Origin: Paraphysomonas bandaiensis
Taxonomy: Eukaryota > Protista > Chrysophyceae
Length of the DNA: 64,000 nucleotides
Assembly (NCBI GenBank): GCA_965644295.1
Contig: CBFFRP010000399.1
Location: forward strand, 1 to 64,000
Direction: 5' to 3'
The notes under the pieces were generated by a model, which was given only the letters and a program-made list of their open reading frames with translations, was not told the origin of the DNA and did not search any database. A program made the position numbers and the translations under genes. Shown here piece after piece: positions 57,401-64,000 of the stretch (position 1 is the stretch's first letter; the number at the start of each line of letters is the position of its first letter).

Positions 57401-59788
57401 GAGGATAAAACTCCTATTCATATTGCTGACATCAAGAAGATGACAGAGGATCTTGCGCAGAGGGTGGTTAGGGCCAGAGTTACTGACAACCGTGACGGCG
57501 GTATCAGCGGAGTGGTGCCACAGCAGTCGGAAAGTGGGCAGGTGCAGCCCCAGGCTGACTCAGCATTACCTTCGGGGGAAGGGACCCCTGCCGAGAATCA
57601 TCCGCACGGCAAACGCGCAAGAACTCCAAGGACGGTAACGAATGTGTCGGTGTTAGGACAAATCCATCATTTGAGTGATGAGAGTGATGTGAGTGACCTT
57701 TTACAGGAGGCAGACTCAGTGTGGATGTCAGCGGAAGAGTCGACAGTGCCTCAGACACATCGTGAGTCCTTGGAGAGTGCCGAGCACAGGGAGTGGAGAC
57801 GAGCTCGCCGTGTAGAGCGAGAGGGTTTGGCGAAGCGAGATACCATGGAGGTGACTCGTATACCGGACGGAGTCGTCCCACTGCACTCCAAGTACGTCTA
57901 TGGAAAGAAGTACGATAAGGAGGGAGAGGTCCGCCGATATAAGGCTCGTCTTGTAGCAATCGGTTGTGGACAGCAGTCGAGTGGTTGGGCGAACCATTTC
58001 GCACCCGTTGTTAAGGGGGTAACAGTGCGACTGTTAATCGCCATAGCTTTCGTGATGAACATGGTAATTCATCAACTGGATGTGTCTAACGCATTTCTAT
58101 ATGCAGATATAGAGGGGGACGTATATATGAAGGCAACTCCGGACTTTCAGCTGCCTGAGGGGTACTGCTTTAAGCTGAAGAAGTCGTTATACGGGCTTCG
58201 GAGTTCCCCGCGGTCGTGGTGGAAAACATTGGATAAATTCATACGATCTATGCATTTTAAACCATGTGTATTAGACCCGTGTTTGTATTATCAGTATAAG
58301 GGCGATGAATTGATATTATTAACGATATATGTGGATGATATCCTAGTGTTAGGTCGTGATGTCAACATAGTGAAGGATATTAAAGCTCAACTGTGTGCCC
58401 GGTTTGATATGAAGGATATGGGCGAGATGGAACATTTTCTGAATGTTCGAGTCACAAGAACGCCAGAGTATATTCGTCTTGACCAATCAGTATATGCGGC
58501 TAAGATCTTAGAAAAGTTTGAAAAGTATCTTGGGTCACCGCGAAAGGTACGGAAGAGTCCTCTACCGGCGGAAGCAATGGATTTAGTGGCAAAAGGGGCG
58601 CGGCATGAGCATACCGAGGAGGAACAGCTTATAGTAGATAACTTCCCATATCGGCCGCTGATAGGTGCATTACTATATCTATCGATGAACACGAGGCCGG
58701 ATATTGCCTATGCAGTGGGAGTACTGTCTCGGTTCAGTAATAAGGTGAATATTGAAGTATGCAAGCTATTAACACATGTATGGCAATATATTCGTGGTTC
58801 TATTGACAAAGGGATTCAATATGGGAGTAGACGGTTCGACTTCCATATGTTTACTGACGCGGATTGGGCGGGAGATCAGCTCTCCAGGAAGTCCACGTCG
58901 GGGTACGTTGGGTTTGCAGCGGGAGGGCCTATAGTCTGGCAGTCCAAACTGCAGACGACAGTGGCAACGTCAAGCATGCAGTCTGAGTATCAGTGTATTT
59001 ACTCGGGTCTCCAAGAAGTGCTATGGGTTCGGGGGGTGACGGGTGAGATTAAGTTGAGGCTCATCAAACCCACACCATTCTTCATCGACAGTCAGAGTGC
59101 CCAGGATTTGGCCGAAAACCCAGTGTTTCACAAGAAGTCGAAGCACATTGAGATTAAGTATCACATGGTGAGAGAGCACGTGGATCCCAATCAGTTCAAT
59201 ACGATTAAGTTAGTGCATGTGCATACATCGCAACAAGCAGCAGATATTTATACAAAGTCATTGGTTGGTTTATCATATATGGAGCAGAGAAAGAGAAATC
59301 TTGGAGAGAAAGTTAAGAGTTCCACTGAAGTGATTAATGAGGGACCAAGGGATAAAAGAAGGCGCAAGTAGGTACTGAGTTTTTCAGACAGAGGTTTAGA
59401 CTTAGAGATGAGTCTATTTTACTGTCAAGAATTTTTTTATCTCAGGCATTCAATAGCTGGGAGGCGTCATAGTACAACACTCAATTGAGGGGGAGTGTTG
59501 AGATCTGAAGATTCTATATACTTGCAATTGAGTGCAGTATTATGTGAGATGCAAGGATCGAAAGATATATATGTAATAAGTACATTATATTATGTAGTAT
59601 GAAACTGAAGTAGAAGTGGATGACTATACAGGATACGATAACTGAGTGTGTGGTTTGTACACTATAGTAGTAAATGAATGGTGTTGAACACATCGAACAC
59701 AACTTAGGTTCTTTATCATGTAATGTTTATAATTTCATCTTATCAGTTGAGAATAGTAAACCTTAGCAAATAATGTCAACTTCTGTTA
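54497..59788 (+). mobile_element. Full-length young Ty1/copia retrotransposon C (5292 bp)
   Basis: 293-bp LTRs at 54497-54789 and 59496-59788, with 2 differences seen by eye. TSD GAGGC (54492-54496 / 59789-59793). PBS TGGTAGCGGA at 54790. PPT gagggggag at 59487-59495. Confidence 0.97.
54774..59371 (+). CDS. Copia Gag-Pol polyprotein (Gag with 2 CCHC knuckles, protease, integrase, RT, RNase H) with one frameshift at ~56990
   Basis: CSFCRKKGHVAANC and CHICGDFSHKARQC. Protease YLDSCAS. Integrase HERTGH..CKWC, TAD/ADGG/SERKFR. RT YKARLVA, LDVSNAFL, SLYGL, YVDD. RNase H TDADWAG, ADIYTKSL. Confidence 0.95.
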
Positions 59789-60235
59789 GAGGCCATTCGT
59801 TTTCATAGGGACAACCGAAAGCACAAGAAAGCACGTACCTAATCGCCAATACGATATTGTTGTATGAATCATTTGTATAGGACTACCAATGTTTGTGAGG
59901 TTACTTAGCAGAACTAAGGCTGTTTTGAATGATTTCTGCAAATGCTAAGACACCTCACACCTTTGGGATGAGATTGTAGTTCAGAATTCAGAAATCTGTG
60001 GTCAAAGCCACAATAGAATTGAAAACAATTAATTGGAATTTATTACCAATTGGTTGCAAAATGCCGATAATTGGTTAATAATCGCAATAATGTTGGATGT
60101 TGGATACGTCTCGCCAATTGTTACGCAGGCCTGATAACGAATATATATATGCAGGAGGCGAGATAAAAACGGATTCGCAAGTTTTAGAAAATACATGTGA
60201 TCACTTATTAACAATCATAAAATAACTATATTAAG

Positions 60236-63200
60236 CTAACCACACTGAGAATCTTTTCCACTTTCATTCATTAAAAAACGCCAGCAAATAAAACCCTTCC
60301 CTTGAGCTTCATTATAACTCTCCAGACCGCGTTGCAGTCGCTTTTTGTGGTTAATGTAGTACTCAAGAACATTTTGAGCGGCTTCATGCTTTGACAAAAC
60401 TTCCATGAGTATATATTGCTCGATGAAATAGGGCCCAAAACTATCAAGACGGCCGCTTATGTTTGCTGACTGAGAATCTGTTCCATCAAACAAAATAAAA
60501 CCCATATCATCAGCCACATACTGTATATGATCCTTTAAAGGGTGCATCTCCAGATCGTGAATATTGAACTGGTCTTTCATACCAATTACGTATACCCCTT
60601 TCTGCAACGCAGCAACAGTGTAAAGTGGGTTTTGGCGAATATGATTTCCACGTATCTTTATATTAAACTGCTGAACAGCATCTCCTTCTGAAGACACGGG
60701 GCTATTCTCGCCACCCTCAGAAAGAACTTTGAGATTTTCGGTCTTGACAGATAATAACTTTCTTGGCGAGTCAAATCCAGTTGTATGGTGTAGACGTACA
60801 ACCCATTGACCTTCAGATGTACCAGACTGAAGGATATGACCCCTGCGCCCATTAAGCTCCTCTGATGTCATGTCCACCAATTCTACAATCTGACCAATCC
60901 CCAATGACGAGTCCATCTTATCATGTGATATATCTTCCGGGTTTCTGGTAAGATTATCCACTGCCACCCTTACAAATTTATCGCACACTTCACGGGGAGA
61001 CATCTCACCGAGACTGCGTATATTACTCCGGACTTGCTTTGAAATATACCTAGGATATATATGGTGGGAATAGAGGAACTGAAGAGTCGGATACACGTCC
61101 AAACATTCCACCTTGCCATTGATGGTATAAGTCACAGACAATATCGGAACAGAGAGCGGCATATTGAAATATATCTTCGGCAAATCTCCTTGAGCATTCA
61201 ATGTATACGCATAGTAGTTGTCCGTTTCTTCAGATATATGCACTTGGTTCTTCTTATCAAATACGTCCATTGTATCACTGTCTTGGTTTTTGTTCTGCTG
61301 TTTCTGCTTTTGTTTTTGCTGCTGTTTCGTATAGCTAATTTCCATTAGACTTTGTTGTTCTCCTGATAAATATCGAATGTATTGGTCGTATATGTCACAA
61401 GATGGTTCCCGTTGTTCATATTTTTGCCGCACTATGTGGGTGACCAAGTTCTCCACAGTCTCGCATGATAACGGGTCATCTGAAACCTCTCTCATGGTAC
61501 TATGTCGAAACTTATCGGCTAAAATATGTGTCAATATGCGAGCTGAAATATGGTGACCGAGCACATGGTGAATTAATTCAGCTTCATGTTTGTGCACTTT
61601 TTTTGTTATCGTCATTTGCAATTTTTCAAGGAAACAGTTGACGATCTCATCACAATGATAAAACCTCTCTTGTGACAGATTTAAAAGTGAAATCAACGTC
61701 TGATATATCGACGACAAGTTCCCAGCCACTTTGCAATCACAGTTGTGCACATAAAGTTGGCGGGTAAGGCTGATTGATTTTATATCAGCTGGTCCTCCTC
61801 CGTCGCTCAGCATCGACTCAGGGATGTTATTCTTGTATATACTAAACACTGTGTCGTTCATTGTTCGAGAACGTCCCATAGCTTGCCATATCTTGCTGAA
61901 GTCATCCACATCATGTGCCAACACAACACTCTTTGTGAACATTGGCATTTTGAATCGGCGTTGATAAACAAGCTGAAAAGGAATATCTTTCCCAATTACA
62001 TTTCGGTTGTCAACAAAGAAGAATACCTTTTCCCGTAGTTTTGCACCGTATGTCTTACATAGATGTTTGTAGAACTCTTCATCAAATTGAACATCGTTGT
62101 CTGAGTTGATACGGAGCACTCGATCGCTGCTGTCTACTTGATCAATGTGGTAAATGTAGTGAAATCGATTTGGACCAAAGTGTCGCAGAACTAAATCTCG
62201 AACATCATGAATTGACGAGCGTTTAAAAATTCCACAAAGATCAACGATTACATTAAAGCCGGCATCTTCTTTCCCCGAGGAAGTATGTACCATCTCCTCA
62301 CGCGAAAATACATGCTCTAGAACTTCCATCTCATCAATATGTCCCGCACTGCGAATAAAATCAGAGGGCACATACTCGACCATAACCCGACTGTTCAGCC
62401 CTTGGAATCTGGAAAACCGATCTTCAAACTCTGTCGCTGAAAGATCATCACTGGAGTAAGCATAAAAACTACGGTCAATTAAACTCGGGATCTCATCGTC
62501 ACGATGATCTCGAATGTACGAAAATGTGGGGTAGTTATCGATAAATGGTGTCCCAGTGAATCCGATACAATCAAAATTAAACACAATATCTATTGAGTTC
62601 ACAGATCGAGACTTGTCGCGGATCTCCATTCGCCGCAATATAATTTCATACAAGAAACGAATGAGGCCATCCTTCGTTTCTGAAACACAAATAACTCAGG
62701 TTAATTTCACTCATAAAGCATACAAGTAGATGTATTCAAATAATTTCAATACGTCCGTACCAATCGTATTAATACAAAAATAAAATACTGCGAGGCTTCA
62801 TAAATATATTGTCACATCCCCAACACACAATATACACTACGTTAGATTAAACACAGTTAAAAGTGCTCTACCTGGGTGTTTTAATACAAGTTCTGAAAGT
62901 CTATCAATCCCATACACCAAGTCATCGTAGTCAAGTGACCCCACATGGTTATTCCAGTACTCAAAGCTAATAAATTTACGCTCCTCTTGAAACAGGTCGT
63001 CATACTTGGAAATATCTTCAACGAGAATCACGTACGTAAGATATATCGTGCGTTCAACATCACTGTAGTACGACCCGGGCATAGCGCGGTTAACAGACTC
63101 ATAAGGACGAGCAATAAGAGATTTGTACCCCTCCACATCGTAGGCAATGTTCGTAGAACAGTGGCGTAAAGACTGTTCGTTAAAAATACCTAACACAGGA

Positions 63201-64000
63201 TCAAATACATCTTGAAAGTGCATTCACATCTACAAATCGCTATCATACAGCTGCTGTCATTTCTAATAAAACATATACTTTACAAGCGCCTACCAAAACT
63301 TTTATTAACTGATCGACTAGCATCCTGAATTTCTGCATGAATAGCGCCAAACTTCTCATGCAGTTGCTGCCAGTACTCAGGATTGGATGACCCTTGAACT
63401 GATTCCTGTGGAAAACTTTCTCCTCGATACGCCGCTCTGCTAATTTCAAAGTACAAGTCTAGAGTGGGGCGGTCAAAAGCATTACCCTTGTTGGAGCAAA
63501 TATTGAAAACCAGCTTATCTCGATCCAAAAAGTCATCAACTTCGTCGGCAATGACTAAAATATGTTGTCGATGTGGCCACACCTTGGAGCATATAGCATC
63601 ATACGTCAAAGCCTTTTTAAATTGATTGAAAGATGTGACAAATATCTGCTTCATCTGACGTTGCGGGTGACGATCTCGAGAGAAGCGACTAATTGGAGGG
63701 GTTCCCAAGTGCACTGTATCATGCAAAAGAGCAAATATGTCGTCATACACACGATACTCCTCTCTAAAATTCAGGTTAAGACAATACCTATACACTTGTG
63801 TGCGGGCATCTGGGACCAAATGCTCAGGTACAAGTATGATCAGAACATCTTTCAATTCTCCTCCACGGGCAAGCAAGTTGTGAGCTTCCAGATTGTTGGA
63901 TAAAAATATTTGACATAACAATGGTAAAATTACTTTAGTTTTTCCGGAACCCACTTCCGAAAAGTGGAAACACTCGTCGGCACTGAGGATTCGTTGCAGA
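60236..64000 (-). CDS. 3' part of a large DUF3638-like SF2/SecA-type P-loop NTPase protein (5' end beyond window); exons >64000-63294, 63189-62872, 62679-60236
   Basis: EVGSGKTKVILPLL (Walker A), ADEVDD, GFTGTP, QAMGRSR (motif VI-like) and a Q/K alternating tract. Two GT-AG introns keep the frame. Confidence 0.75.

Larger units (their letters stand above)
53700..60010 (+). pseudogene. Degenerate hAT transposase relic split by the copia C insertion (53700-54496 and 59794-60010)
   Basis: IKKMLPST..VDGWS, FKKAVIKIQ and an acidic EDDEDDE tract upstream. Downstream is a frameshifted hAT dimerisation-domain-like T.NVCE.L.S..K.VL...TPHTF. Confidence 0.7.

Noticed and set aside
57504-58004. Antisense ORFs inside pol, and similar shadow ORFs inside other long genes
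   Set aside because: Expected by-products of codon bias on the opposite strand, with no independent motifs.
1-64000. tRNA, rRNA or snRNA genes; prokaryotic operons or defence systems
   Set aside because: No cloverleaf, rRNA or snRNA signature was seen by eye. Spliceosomal introns and LTR elements show the DNA is eukaryotic.

Overview
Eukaryotic nuclear DNA with short GT-AG introns and the standard code. It is probably from a protist; a stramenopile/chrysophyte-like origin is my inference only. About 14 host genes are interleaved with TE-rich spacers. Host genes: a kelch-like/EGF surface protein, a GT15 mannosyltransferase, a multi-EF-hand protein, NOP10, a 5'-truncated PX-like membrane protein, a PLAC8-like protein, ClpX, an acid-sphingomyelinase-like phosphoesterase, a ZZ/RING-H2 E3 ligase, an NB-ARC-like/FYVE/TPR protein, a secreted Cys-repeat protein, a CaaX-like protein, a large NACHT-WD40 (NWD-like) protein with extra N-terminal domains, and the 3' part of a DUF3638-like SF2 NTPase. 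Mobile DNA: the 3' part of one Ty1/copia element with an unusual 8-unit hairpin array in its 3' UTR; a young full-length copia (293-bp LTRs, TSD GAGGC, TG...TA ends); an internally deleted copia; several solo LTRs; three hAT transposase relics; and MITEs. The most notable signal is the 32-64 kb stretch, which holds two NLR-like STAND NTPases with integrated domains plus a ZZ-RING E3. One has FYVE and a C-tail resembling a Legionella effector domain; the other has Zn fingers, a discoidin domain and MIB/HERC2. This is a candidate protist innate-immunity neighbourhood. All domain calls are by eye from motifs, and no searches were run.
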